In this document: positions 51,759 through 64,000 of the stretch, one piece after another
Layout of the letters: each line of letters begins with the position of its first letter
Numbering within the stretch: position 1 is the first letter of the stretch
Source: the human T2T-CHM13v2.0 reference genome, Homo sapiens
DNA length: 64,000 bases
Direction of reading: 5' to 3'
Assembly (NCBI GenBank): GCA_009914755.4
Contig: CP068257.2
Coordinates: 1,024,001 to 1,088,000 of the forward strand
Position numbers and translations under genes: made by a program
Notes under the pieces: generated by a model
Told to the model about the DNA's origin: nothing
The model's database searches: none
The model's input: only the letters and a program-made list of their open reading frames with translations

Positions 51759-54700
51759 ATCTCTAAACTGATCGACAAAGTGAAGTAACACCTGTCTAGG
51801 CTCTGCCTACAGGGGCTTTGTGACATATCTCTGCAGTGATCACCCAGGTGATGGGACTTTTGTCTAGCCTCTGCCTATGGGGGCATTGTGACATATCTCT
51901 TCACTGATCACCCAGGTGATGTAACTGTTGTGTTGGATCTGCCTATGGGGGCATTGTGAGATATTTCTGCACTGGTCACCCAGGTGATGGGACCCTTGTC
52001 TAGGCTCTGTGTACGGGGGCTTTGTGACATATCTCTGCACTGATCACCCAGGTGATGTAACGCTTGACTAGGCTCTGTCTACGGGGCATAGTGACATATC
52101 ACTACATTGATCACCGAGGTGATGTAACTCTTGCCCAGACTCGGCCAATAAAGGGCCTTGTGACATATCTCTGCGCTGGTCACCAAGGTGATATAACAGT
52201 TGCTTACACTCTGGCTGCAGGGGCATTGTGAAATATCTCTGCACTGATCCCCCAGGTGATGGGACTCATTTCTAGGCTCTGCCTCCTGGGGGAATTGTCA
52301 TATATTTCTGCACTGATCACCCAGGTAACAGACTCTTGTCTTGGATTTGCCTATGGGGGCATTGTGACATATCTCTGCACTGATCACCCAGGTGATGTAA
52401 CCCTGGTCTAAGCTCTGCCTAAAGGGGCATTGTGACAGGTCTCTGCAATGATCACTCAGGTGATGTAACTATTGTCTAGGCTCTGCTTAAATGGGCCTTG
52501 TCACATATCACTGCACTGATCACCCAGGTGACGTAACTCTTGTCTAGGCTCTGCTTTCAGGTGGTATTGTGACATATCTCTGCACTGATCACATAAGTGA
52601 TGTAACAATTGTGTAGGCTCTGCCTACAGGGGCATTTTGACATATCTCTGCACTGTTAAACGAGGTGATGTAACTCTTGTCTAGGCTGTGCCCACAGGGG
52701 TATTGATACACGTCTCTGCACTGATCCCGAGGTGATCGAACTCTTGTCTGGTCTCTGCCTACTGGGGACATTGTGACATAACTCTGCACTGATCTCCCAG
52801 GTGCTGTAACTTCAATCTAGGCTCTGGCTACACGGCATTGTGACATATCACTGCACTGATCAACCAGGTGATATAACTCTTGTATAGGCTCTGCCTACAG
52901 GGGGTTTGTGACACATCTCTGCATTAATCACCCAGGTGATATAACTCTTCTCTAGGATCTGCATACAGGGTGCTTTGTGACATATCCCTGCAATGATCAC
53001 CCAGGTGATATACCACTTGTCAAGGCTCTGCCTACAGGGGCATTGTGACAGAACACTGCACTGATCACCCAGGTGATGGGACCCTTGTCTAGTCTCTTCC
53101 AACCGTGGCATTGTGACATATCTCTGCACAGATCACGCAGGTGATGTAAATCTTTTCTAGGATCTACCTACAGGGTGCTTTGTGACATGTCTCTGCAGTG
53201 ATCACCCAGGTGATATACCACTTGTCAAGGCTCCGCCTACAGGGACATTGCGATGTATCTCTGCACTGATCACCTATGTCATGTAACTCTTGTCTAGTCT
53301 CTGCCTACAGTGGCATTGTGACATATCTCTGCACTGATCATCCAAGTGATGTAACTCTTGTCTAAGATCTGCCTAAAGGGACTTTGTAACATAACTCTGC
53401 ACTGATCATCCAGGTGATGGGGCTTTTGTCTAGGCTCTGCCTAAGGGGGCATTGTGACAGATTTCTGCACTGATCACCCAGGTGACGGACTCTTGTCTTG
53501 GATCTGCCTATGGGCGCATTTTGACATACCTCTGCACTGATCACCCAGGTGATGTAACTATTGTATAAGCTCTCCCTACAGGGGAATTGTGAGAGATCTC
53601 ACCACTGATCACCCAAGTGATATAATTATTGTCTAGGCTTTGCCTACAGTGGGCTTTGTGACATACCATTGCACTGATCAGCCAGGTGATGTAACTCATC
53701 TAAGTTTTGTCTACAGAAGCTTTGTGACATATCTCTACACTGATCACTTAGGTGATGTAACGATTTTATAAGCACTGCCTACAGGGAATTTTGACAAATC
53801 TCTGCACTGATCACCTAGGTGATGTAACTCTTGTCTACCCTCTGCCCAGAGGGGGCATTGTGAAATATCTCTGCACTGATCACCCAGGTGATTCAACTCT
53901 TGTCTAGGATCTGGCTACAGGGGGTATTGTGAAATATCTCTGCACTGATCAACCAGGTGACGTAAATGTTGTCTAGTCTCTGTCTTGTCTATGCTCTGCC
54001 TACAGGGGCAATGTGACATATCTCTGCAGTGATCACGCAGGTGATGTAACTATTGTCTATATCTGCCTACTGATGGCATTGTGGCATATTTCTGCACTGA
54101 TCACCCAGGTGATGGACTCATGTCTTGGATCTGCCTATGAGGCATAGTGACATATCTCTGCACTGATCACTCATGTGATCAAACGCTTGTCTAAGCTGCG
54201 CCTAAAGGGGAATTGTGACAGATATCTCCACTGATCACCCAGGTGATGTAACAATTTTCTGGGATTTGTCTACTGGGGGCTTTGTGACACATCTTTGCAC
54301 TGATCACCCAGGAGATGTAACTCTTGTCTAGGCTCGGCCTACAGGTGTTTTGTGATATAGTTCTGCACTGATCACCCAGGTGATGTAACACTTGTCTAGG
54401 CTCCGCCTACAGGGGCTTTGTGACATATCTCTGCACTGATCACCCGGGTGATGTAACTCTTGTCTAGGCTCCACCTACAGGGGGTATTGTGACGTATCTC
54501 TCCACTGATCACCCAGGTGATGTAACATTTTTCTAGGCTCTGCCTACTGGGGCGTTTTGACATAGCTATGCACAGATCACCTAGGTTGTGTTACTCTTGT
54601 CCACTTTCTGCCTACAGGGGGCATTGTGAAATATCTCTGCACTGATCACCCAGGTAATGGGACCTTTCTCTTTACTCTGCCTAGAGGAGGATTTGTGACA

Positions 54701-57700
54701 TATCTCTGCACTGAACACCCAGGTGATGTGCCACTTGTCAAGGCTCTGCCTACAGGACATTGTGATGTATCTCTGCACTGATCACCTAGGTGATGTAACT
54801 CTTGTCTAGGCTGTTTCTACAGTGGCATTGTGACATATCTCTGCACTGATCATCCAAGTGAAGTAACTCTTGTCTAGTATCTGCCTAAAGGGACTTTGTG
54901 ACATAACTCTGCACTGATCATCCAGGTGATGGGCTTTTGTCTAGGCTCTGCCTAGGGGGCATTGTGGCATATTTCTGCACTGATCACCCAGGGGATGGAC
55001 TCTTGTCTTGGATCTGCCTATGGGGGCATTGTGACATATCTCTGCACTGATCACCCAGGTGATGTAACTGTTGTATAAGCTCTGCCTACAAGGGAATTGT
55101 GAGAGATCTCGCCACTGATCACCCAAGTGATGTAACTATTCTCTAGGCTTTGCCTATAGGGGGCTTTGTGACATACCTTTGCACTGATCAGCCAGGTGAC
55201 GTAACTAAGCTAAGTTCTGCCTACAGGAGCTTTGTGACATATCTCTGCACTGATCACTTAGGTGATGTAACACTTTTACAAGCACTGCCTACAGGGAATT
55301 TTGACGAATCTCTGCACGGATCATGTAGGTGATGTAACTCTTGTATACCCTCTGCCCAAAGGGGGCATTGTGAAATATCTCTGCACTGATCACCCAGGAG
55401 ATTCAACTCTTTTCTACGATCTGCCTACAGGGGGTATTGTGAGATATCTCTGCACTGATCAACTAGGTGTTGTAAATAGTTTCTAGGCTCTGCCTACAGG
55501 GGCGTTTTCACGTTTCCCTGAACTGATGACAAAGGTGACGTAACTCTTGCCTTGGCTTTGCCTACAGGGGACATTGTGACATACCTCTGCACTGATCACC
55601 CAGGTGATGCCACTCCTCTCTATGCTCTGCCTTCAGGGGACATTGTGACATATCTCTGCAATGATCACCGAGGTGATGTAACTCTTTTCTAGTCTCTGCC
55701 TACAGAGGGCGTTGTGACATCACTCTGCATGGATCACCCGGGTTATGTAACTCTGGTCTAGGCTCTACCTATAGGGGTATTGTGACTTATCTCTGCACTG
55801 ATCACCCAGGAGATGTGACACTTGTCTATGCTCTGCATAGAGGGACATTGGGACATATCTCTGCACTGATCACTGAGGTGATGTAAAAGTTGTCTAGGCT
55901 TTGCCTACAGTGGGATTTATGACATATCTCTGCACTGATCACCCAGGTGATGTAACTCTTCTCTAGGATCTGCCTACAGGGTGCTTTGTGACATATCCCT
56001 GCAATGATTACCCAGGTGATATACCACTTATCAAGGCTCTGCCTACAGGGACATTGCGATGTATGCCTGCATTGATCACCTAGGTAATGTAACTCTTGTC
56101 TAGGCTCTGCCTACAGTGGCATTGTGACAGATGTCTGCACTGATCACCCAGGTGATGCAACTCTTCTCCATGCTCTGCCTACAGGGGACATTGTGACATA
56201 TCTCTGCACTGATCACCAAGGTGATTCAGCTCTTCTTTATGCTCTGCCTTCAGAGGGCATTGCGAAATATCTCTGCACTGATCACTCAGGTGATGTAACT
56301 CTTTTCTAGTCTCTGCCTACAGAAGGCGTTGTGACTTCACTGTGCACGGATCACCCGGGTTATGTAACTGTTGTCTAGGCTCTGCCTATGGGGGCATTGT
56401 GACTTATCTCTGCACTGATCACCCAGGAGATGTGACTCTTGTCTAAGCTCTGCCTGGAGGGACATTGGGACATATCTCTGCACTGATCGCTCAGGTGATG
56501 TAAAATATTTGTAGGCTATTCCTACAGTGGGATTTATGACTTATCTCTGCACTGGTCACCCAGGTGATGTAACTCTTGTCTAGGCTCTGCTTACAGGGCG
56601 TATTGTGAGTTATCTCTGCACTGATCACACTGGTGATGTAACGCTTGTCTAGGCTCTGCCTACAGGAGCATTTTAACATATCACTGCACTGACAACCGAG
56701 ATGATGTAACTCCTGTATAGGCTTTGCCGACAGGGGGCATTGAGACATACCTCTGCACTGATCACCGAGGTGATGCAACTCTTCTCTATGCTCTGCCTAC
56801 AGGGGGCATTGTGACATATCTCTGCAATGATCATCCAAGTGATGTAACATTTGTCTAGGATCTGCCTCAAGTGGCTTTGTGACATAATTCTGCACGGATC
56901 ATCCAGGTGATGGGGATTTTGTCTAGGCTCTGCCTAAGGGGCATTGTGACATGTTTCTGCACTGATCACCCAGGTGACGGACTCTTGTCTTGGATCTGCC
57001 TATGGGGGCATTGTGACATATCTCTGCACTAATAACCCAGGTGATGTAACCGTTGTATAAGCTCTGCCTACAGGGGAATTGTGAGAGATCTCGCCACTGA
57101 TCACCTAGGTGATGTATCTATTGTCTAGGCTTTGTCTACAGGGGGCTTTGTGACATACTTTTGCACTTATCACACAGGTGATGTAACTCATCTAAGTTCT
57201 GCCTACAGGAGCTTTGTGACATATCTCTGCACTGATCATTTAGGTGATGTAACACTTTTATAAGCACTGCCTACAGGGAATTTTGACAAATCTCTGCACT
57301 GATCACCTTGGTGATGTAACTCTTCTCTACCCTCTGCCCAAAGGCGGCATTGTGAAATATCTCTGCATTGATCATCCAAGTGATTCAACTCTTGTCCAGG
57401 ATCTGCCTACAGAGATTATTGTGAAATATCTCTGCACTGATAAACTAGGTGATGCAATTCTTCTCTATGCTCTGCCTACAGGGGACATTGTGACTTATCT
57501 CTGCACTGATCACCCAGGAGATGAAACTCTTTTCTAGTCTGTGCCTACAGAGGGCGTTGTGACATCACTCTGCACGGATCACCCGGGTTATGTAACTCTT
57601 ATCTATGCTCTGTCTATGGGGGCGTCGTGACTTATCTTTGCACTGATCACCCTGGAGATGTGACTCTTGTCTAAGCTCTGCCTAGAGGGACATTGGGACA

Positions 57701-58102
57701 TATCCCTGCACTGATAGCTGAGGTGATGCAAAACTTGTCTAGGCTTTGCCTGCAGTGGGATTTATGACAAATCTCTGCACTGATCACCCAGGTGATGTAT
57801 CTCTTTTCAATACCCTCTGCTTACAGAGGGTATTGTGAGATATCTCTGCACTGATCACCCAGGTGATGTAACTCTTGTGTAGGCTCTGCCTACAGGGGCC
57901 TTTTCACATATCACTGCACTGATCACCGAGATGATGTAACTCTTCTATAGGCTTCGCTGACAGGGGGCATTGAGACATATCTCTGCACTGATCACCGAGG
58001 TGATGCATCTCTTGTCTGGGATGTGCTTACAGGGGGCATTGTGAAATATCTCTGCCCTGATCACCCAGGTGATGTAACTCTTGTCTAGGCTCTGCTTACT
58101 GC
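51759..58102. repeat. beta-satellite tandem array, orientation A
   Basis: 68-bp GATC monomers. The last monomers before unit 6 differ from the upstream flank shared by units 1-5. Confidence 0.9.
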
Positions 58103-59507
58103 AGTCGGAAGGTGTTGGGAGAACCTCAGCCAAAATTTCACAGATGGACAAGGGCACAGAGAGGCGAGCGACCTCCTTGCACGTCACAAGGGGTGCACAA
58201 TGAGAGCAGGTCTAGCCAGGAGGCTGGCAAAGAGAGCTAGAGGTCTGCGTTTCGCTGCCAGGCGCTCCATTGTGGCAGTTGGGAGGCTGCAGGTGCACGG
58301 GCGGGCTGGCGACGGTGGCGCAGAGGTGCACATGAGGCGAGCCACCGGAGGGGTGTCAGGACTGGACGCTGTGGGTTGCCCGTGTTTCGCGGGACAGGGG
58401 TCTCCGACCAGCCCAGGGGAGGATGCATTTTCCGGGGGTGGGGTTTGGGGTGGGGTGGGGGTGGTCAGGCGGGGGTGGGGTGGTGGAAAGGCATGAGTGC
58501 TCTGCCCTGGCTGCTCCCACAGCCCAGGCGGCTGCCCGCAAACCCACGCGTGTGCAGTAGGTGGCCCACCTGCTGGTACCTGGGCTGGATCTGAGATCCC
58601 CAGGATGCCCAGGAAAGAATGGCAGTTCTCCGCTGTGTAGACTCTCTCACCAGGCCTAGATCTAGAAGGCAGCAATCCCAGGCCGGTCAGCCTGGTTGAG
58701 GGAGCAGGTGGAAGACACGCCGCTCCATAGCCAGCCAGGTGTTCCCCGCGAAAGAGAGGCCACCGCCCTGCCCCGACCTGACCCCGTCCCAAACCCGCGA
58801 CCTAAAGTTCCTCCATCAGAGCCCGGCATTCTTCCTAGCTGAGTGGTGCTTCCAGCAAGACGGCCTCTTGCAAGACCTCCAGCTCCCCCAGGGCCTCCGA
58901 TTCTAGGAATGTTGCGCCTGCTGCAGAATCTCCGGGCTCACAAGGAGCTCATCCAGCAGCCCGGAGGGGAGTGCAGATGAGCACTCCAGCTCCTGGAGCA
59001 CCTGGGAGGGCGCCAGCAGGCCTTACATCTGCCCCTGCCGCACGGAGGCCTCCAGGGGCACGGGCAGGCGAGGTGGAGCTGCCCCGGCTTGGAGTTCCCC
59101 CGCAGCCCCGGTGACCTGCGGTCCCTAGCCCCTGCCCAACCACGGACTCCCCTGGGACGCGGGTGGCACAAGCACACCATGGCCCTGTGGCCCTGCTTGA
59201 GCGGGCCCAGGCTGTCCCACCGCCCAAGGGCCCCACAGGGCGTCACGCTGCAAGACCCGGCCCTCCCGGCTTTTGCCCGGTTGCGGAGGCAACCGAGGAG
59301 CCTGAGGGTGGGAGATCGCCCCTTCCGGAGGAGCAGGGGCGGCGTAGGCAAAATTCCCGCGTGCCGGGACAGGTTGGGAGATCCCTTCTGCCGGCGCGGC
59401 CTGGCTGGGCTGGAGCACGGGGACGGCCCTCGCTCCCTGGATCATGAAGCACCCTGTAGGAGAGCCCCAGGCACGCAGGGCACGTGGGGTGCCAGAAGCC
59501 CTATCCC
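58103..59507 (-). repeat. D4Z4-like unit 6, truncated (only the first ~1.4 kb of the unit, in unit orientation)
   Basis: Collinear with unit 1 positions 7426-~8797. Its junction with the beta-satellite differs from the other units (gctctgcttactgca|gtcggaaggtg). It ends abruptly at ~59505 inside ...gccagaagccctatcccc. Confidence 0.85.
58802..59507 (-). pseudogene. DUX4L: DUX4-like gene fragment: C-terminal ~235 codons only, no homeoboxes (copy 6)
   Basis: Ancestral stop at 58802-58804. Track ORF 59125..59445 ([52 protein letters not shown]...[21 protein letters not shown]) matches the DUX4 C-terminal half. The sequence 5' of residue ~186 is replaced by the inverted segment. Confidence 0.8.
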
Positions 59508-59838
59508 CGGAAAATGCATCCTCACCTGGGCTGGGTGTAGACCCCCATCCGCGAAATATCAGGCCCGCCCACCGTGCAGGCCTAACACACCTTCAGCGGC
59601 TCGCCTCCTCTGCGCCTCCCCGCCACCATCGCCAGCCCGCCAGTGACCCTGTAGCCTCCCAATTGCCACCATGGAACGCCTGGTGTCGGAATGCAGACCT
59701 CTAGCTCTCTTTGCCAGCCTCCTCACTAGACCTGCGCTCATTGCGCAACCCGGCTGACGTGCAAGGGAGCCCGCTGGCCTCTCTGTGCCCTTGTCCGTCC
59801 GTGAAATTCCAGCTGAGGCTCTCCCAACACCTTTCGAT
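59508..59838 (+). repeat. inverted partial D4Z4-like unit (reverse complement of the first ~330 bp of a unit)
   Basis: Reverse complement of 59508-59838 aligns to unit starts (cgtcggaaggtgttgggagagcctcagctggaa...gcattttccgggg). Track ORF 59444..59704(+) encodes ...RHHRQPASDPVASQLPPWNAWCRNADL, homologous to the minus-strand ORF 58237..58428 (...RHRRQPARAPAASQLPQWSAWQRNADL). Confidence 0.85.
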
Positions 59839-62800
59839 GCTCTTTACTCAAAGCCTGGAGAATAGTTACATCTCCTGGATGATCAGTTCAGAAATATGTC
59901 ACAATGCCCACTCCCTGCGGAGCCTAGAGAAGATTTGCATCATTTGGGTGATCAGTGCAGAGATATATCACAATGTCCCCTGTACAAAAAGCCTGGAAAT
60001 GATTTACATCACCTCGGTGATCAGTGCATAGGTATGTCAGAAATCCCCAGTAGGCTGAACCTAGACAAGGGTTACATTACTTAGGTGATCAGTGTAGAGA
60101 TATGTGAAAATTCCCGTGTAGATATTTGACACAATGCCCCCGTAGACAGAGCCTAGACAAGACTTCCATTACCTGGGTGATCAGTTCAGATATATGTCAC
60201 AAATCCCCCTCTAGTCAGAGTATAGAGAAGAGTCCCATCACCTGGGTGATCAGTGAAGAGATATTTCACCATGCCCCCTGTAGGCAGAGAGTGGACAAGA
60301 GTTACATAACCTAGGTGATCTGTGCAGAGCTATGTCAAAATGCCCCTGTAGGCAGATCCTAGGTAAATGTTACATCACATTGTTGATCAGTGCAGAGATA
60401 CGTCTCAATACACCTTGTAGGTGGAGCCTAGACAAGAGTTACATCACCTGTGTGATAGGTGCAGAGATATGTCACAATACCCCCTGTAGGTGGAGCCTAG
60501 AGAAGAGTTACCTCACCTGGGTGATCAGTGCAGAAATATGTCACAAAGCCCCTGTAGGCCAAACCTAGACAAGCGTTACATCTCCTGGGTGATCAGTGCA
60601 AAGATATGTCACAAAGCCCCCTGTAGACAAATCCCAGAAAATTGTTACATCACCTGAATGATCAGTGGAGATATCTGTTCCATTTCCCCTTTAGGCGCAG
60701 TTTAGACAAGCGTTACATCACATGAGTAATCAGTGCAGAGATATGTCACTATGACCCCATAGGCAGATAAAAGACAAGAGTCTATCACCTGGGTGGTCAG
60801 TGCAGAAATATGCCACAATGCCGCCTGTAGGCCGATATAGACAAGAGTTACATCACCTGCGTGATCACTGCAGAGATATGTCACAATGCCCCTGTAGGCA
60901 GAGCCTAGACAAGGGTCCCATCACCTGGGTGATCAGTGCAGAGTTATGTCACAATGCCCCCTTTTGTCAGAGCCTACACAAGGGTTACATCACGTGGGTG
61001 ATCAGTGCAGATGTGTGTCACACGCCCCCTGTAGCCAGACCCTAGACAAGAGTTACATCAGCTGTGTAATCAGCGCAGTGACATGTCACAATGTCCCTGT
61101 AGCCAAATCCTTGAGAAATATGACATCACCTGGTTGATCAATGCGGAGATATGTCACAATGTCTCCAGTAGGCAGAGCCTAGACAAGAGTTGCATCACCT
61201 CGGTGATCAGTGCACAGATATGTCTCAATGCCCCCTGTCGTCAAAGCCTATACAAGAGTTACATCATCTCTGTGATCAGTGCAGTGATATGTTAAAATGC
61301 CCCTGTAGGCAGAGCCTAGACAAGAGTTACATCACCTGAGTGATCAGTGCAGAGATATGTCATAAATCCCACTGTAGGCAAAGCCTTGACAAGTTTTACA
61401 TCACCTCAGCGATTAGTGCAGATATATGTCCCAATGTCCCTCTGGGCAGAGCTTAGAAAAGAGTCACACCTCCTGGGTGATCAGTGCAGAGATAAGGCAC
61501 AATGCCCCCTTAGGCAGAGCCTAGACAAGAGTTACATAACCCGGGTGATCCGTGCAGAGTGATGTCACAACTCCCTCTGTAGGCAGAGACTAGAAAAGAG
61601 TTACATCACCTGGGTAAGCAGTGCAGAGGTATGTCACAATGCTCCCTGTAGGCATAGCATAGAGAAGAGTTGCATCACCTGGGTGATCAGTGCAGAGAGA
61701 TGTCACAATGTGCCCTGTAGTCAGAGCATAGAGAACAGTTGCATCACCTGTGTGATCCGTGCAGAAATATGTCACAAAGCCCCCATACACAGAGCCTAGA
61801 CAAGAGTCCCATCACCTGGGTGATCAGTGCACAAATATGTCACAATGCCCCAATAGGCAGATCCAACACAAGAGTTACATCACCTGGGTGATCAGTGTAG
61901 AGATATGTCACAATGCCCCCATAGGCAGAGCCTAGACAAAAGTTCCATCACCTGGTTGATCAATGCAGAGATATGTCATAAAGCCCCTTTAGGCAGAGCC
62001 TAGACAAGAGTTACATAACCAGGGTGATCCGTGCAGAGATATTTCACAATACCCCCTGTAGGGTGATCCAAGACAAGAGTTGAATCACCTGGGTGGTCAG
62101 TGCAGAGATATTTCACAATGCCCCCTTTGGGCAGAGGGTAGACAAGAGTTACATCACCTAGGTGATCAGTGCTGAGATTTGTCAAAATACCCTGTAGGCA
62201 GTGCTTATAAAAGTGTTATATCACCTAAGTGGGCAGTGCAAAGATATGTCACAAAGCTGCTGTAGGCAGAACTTAGATAAGTTACATCACCTGGGTGATC
62301 AGTGCAAAGGTATGTCACAAAGCCCCCTGTAGGCAAAGCCTAGACAATAGTTACTGAACTTGGGTGATCAGAGGCGAGATCTCTCACAGTTCCCCTGTAG
62401 GCAGAGCTTATACAACAGTTACATCACCTGGGTGATCAGTGTAGAGATATGTCACAATGCCCCCATAGGCAGATCCAAGAGAAGAGTCCGTCACCTGGAT
62501 GATCAGTGCAGAAATATGTCACAATGCCACCTTAGGCAGAGCCTAGACAAAAACCTCATCACCTGTATGATCAGTGCAGCGTTATGTCACAAAGTCCCTT
62601 TAGGCAGATCCTAGACAAGTGTTACATCACCTGGATGATCAGTGCAGAAATATGTCACAATGCCACTGCAGGCAGAGTCTAGACAAGTGTTACATGACCT
62701 AGTTGATCAGTGCAGAGATACATCACAATGCCCCTGTAGGCAGATCTTTGACAAGTGGTACATCACCCGGGTGATCATTGCAGGGATGTGTCACAAAGCA

Positions 62801-64000
62801 CATTGTAGGGAGATCCTACAAAAGAGTTACATCACCTGGGTGATCAGTGCAGAGATATGTCACAATGCCACTGTAGGCAGAGCCTAGACAAGATTTACAT
62901 TACCTAAGTGATCAGTGCAGAGATACATCGCAATGCCCCTGTAGGCAGAGCCTTGACAAGCGGTATATCACCTGGGTGATCAGTGCAGAGATATGTCACA
63001 ATGCCGTGTAGCCAAAGCCTAGACTAAAATTACAGCACCTGGGAGATCAGTGCAGAGGTATGTGACAATGTCCCCAGTAGGCAGAGACCAGGCAAGAGTT
63101 GGATCACCTCGGGATCAGTGCAGAGATATGTCTCAATCACCGTCTGGGCACAGCCTAGACAAGAGTTACATCACCTCGGTTAACAGTGCAGAGATATGTC
63201 AAAACGCCCCTGTAGGCAGAGCCTACACAATTGTTACATCACTTAGGTGATAAGTGCATAGATATGTCACAATATGCCCTGTAAGCAGAGCCTAGACAAG
63301 AGTTACATAACCTGGGTGATCAGTGCAGAGATATGTGACAAGGCCCCTTTAAGCAGAGCATAGACAATACTTACATCACCTGAGTGATCAGTGCACAGAT
63401 CTATCAAAATGCCCCTTTAGGCAGAGCTTAGACCAGAGTTACATCACCTGGGTGATCAGTGCAGAGAGATGTCACAATGCCCCCATAGGCAAATCCAAGA
63501 CAAGACTCCGTCACCTGGGTGATCAGTGCAGAAATATGTGACAATGACCCCAGCAGGCAGAGCCTATAGAAGAATCCCATCACCTGGGTGATCAGTGCAG
63601 AGATATTTCACAATGCGCCTGCAGGCAGAGCATAAGCAAGAGTTACATCACCAAAAGATCAGTGCAGAGATATGTCACAAGCCCCCCAATAGGCAGAGCC
63701 TGGACAAGAGTTACATCACCTTCGTGATCAATGCAGTGATATGTCACTATGCCCCGTAGGCAGTGCCTAGTCAAGCGTTACATCACCTGGGTGATCAGTA
63801 CAGAGATATGTCACAAAGCCCCCAAACACAGAGCCTAGACAAGAGTCCCATCACCTTGGTGATCAGTGAAGAAATATGTCACAATGCCCCCATAGGCAGA
63901 TACAACACAAGAGTTACATCACCTGGATGATCCGTGTAGAGATATGTCACAATGCCCACATAGGCAGGGCCTAGACAAAAGTCCCATCACCTGGGTGATC
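59839..64000. repeat. beta-satellite tandem array, orientation B (inverted relative to 1-58102)
   Basis: Monomers read as the reverse complement of those upstream. Plus-strand ORFs 59711..60031, 59896..60084 and 60126..60314 encode the same peptides as minus-strand ORFs 26300..26620, 26247..26435 and 25153..25341, which form the upstream flank of unit 3. Confidence 0.9.

Larger units (their letters stand above)
58103..59838. repeat. inverted repeat: arms 58103-58434 and 59508-59838 (~330 bp, ~88-90% identical), spacer ~1.07 kb; fold-back junction at ~59505
   Basis: Direct comparison of the forward arm with the reverse complement of the distal arm. The junction ...ccctatcccc|ggaaaatgcatcc has possible cccc microhomology. 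Confidence 0.8.

Noticed and set aside
59508-59838. Possibility that the orientation switch is a recent perfect palindrome (for example breakage-fusion-bridge or an assembly fold-back artefact)
   Set aside because: The arms are only ~88-90% identical, and the two sides derive from different unit subtypes with different flanking junctions. That argues against a recent hairpin or an assembly artefact copying one arm. It is more consistent with an old inversion between diverged copies, though read-level validation is still needed.

Overview
This window is eukaryotic satellite DNA of primate (human or great-ape) type, not a gene-dense or prokaryotic accessory region. About 75% of it is 68-bp beta-satellite (Sau3A/GATC family, ~45% GC) in tandem array. 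Six GC-rich (~70% GC, CpG-dense) D4Z4-like units sit in it at irregular 7-12 kb spacing. Each unit is 2.4-2.8 kb and carries a DUX4-like double-homeobox gene on the minus strand. All six copies have different inactivating lesions, so they are DUX4L-type pseudogenes; the sixth unit is truncated. Each complete copy keeps a TATAA-type box about 135 bp upstream of the ancestral ATG. The units share the same beta-satellite junctions and at least 1 kb of identical flanking monomers, so they spread as a composite beta-satellite+D4Z4 repeat rather than by independent insertion. At about 59.5 kb the sixth unit is fused head-to-head to an inverted copy of the first ~330 bp of a unit. All beta-satellite beyond that point is in the opposite orientation, so this is a fold-back or inversion junction. 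The many 60-146 aa ORFs in the supplied track are artefacts of translating a 68-bp periodic repeat: 68 = 3x22+2, so a frame recurs every 3 monomers, about 204 bp or 68 aa. I see no functional protein-coding gene, no tRNA or rRNA, no Alu/L1 insertion and no CRISPR array. The most interesting points are an intact 170-codon two-homeodomain ORF in unit 2, the inversion breakpoint sitting on a G-quadruplex-type G-run, a ~370-bp internal deletion plus stop-loss in unit 4, an orphan unit-flank block at 14.6 kb with no unit, and copy-specific decay of the DUX4-like genes. I could run no database search; homology calls rest on my recall of human DUX4 protein and D4Z4 structure and on direct comparison of copies within the window.
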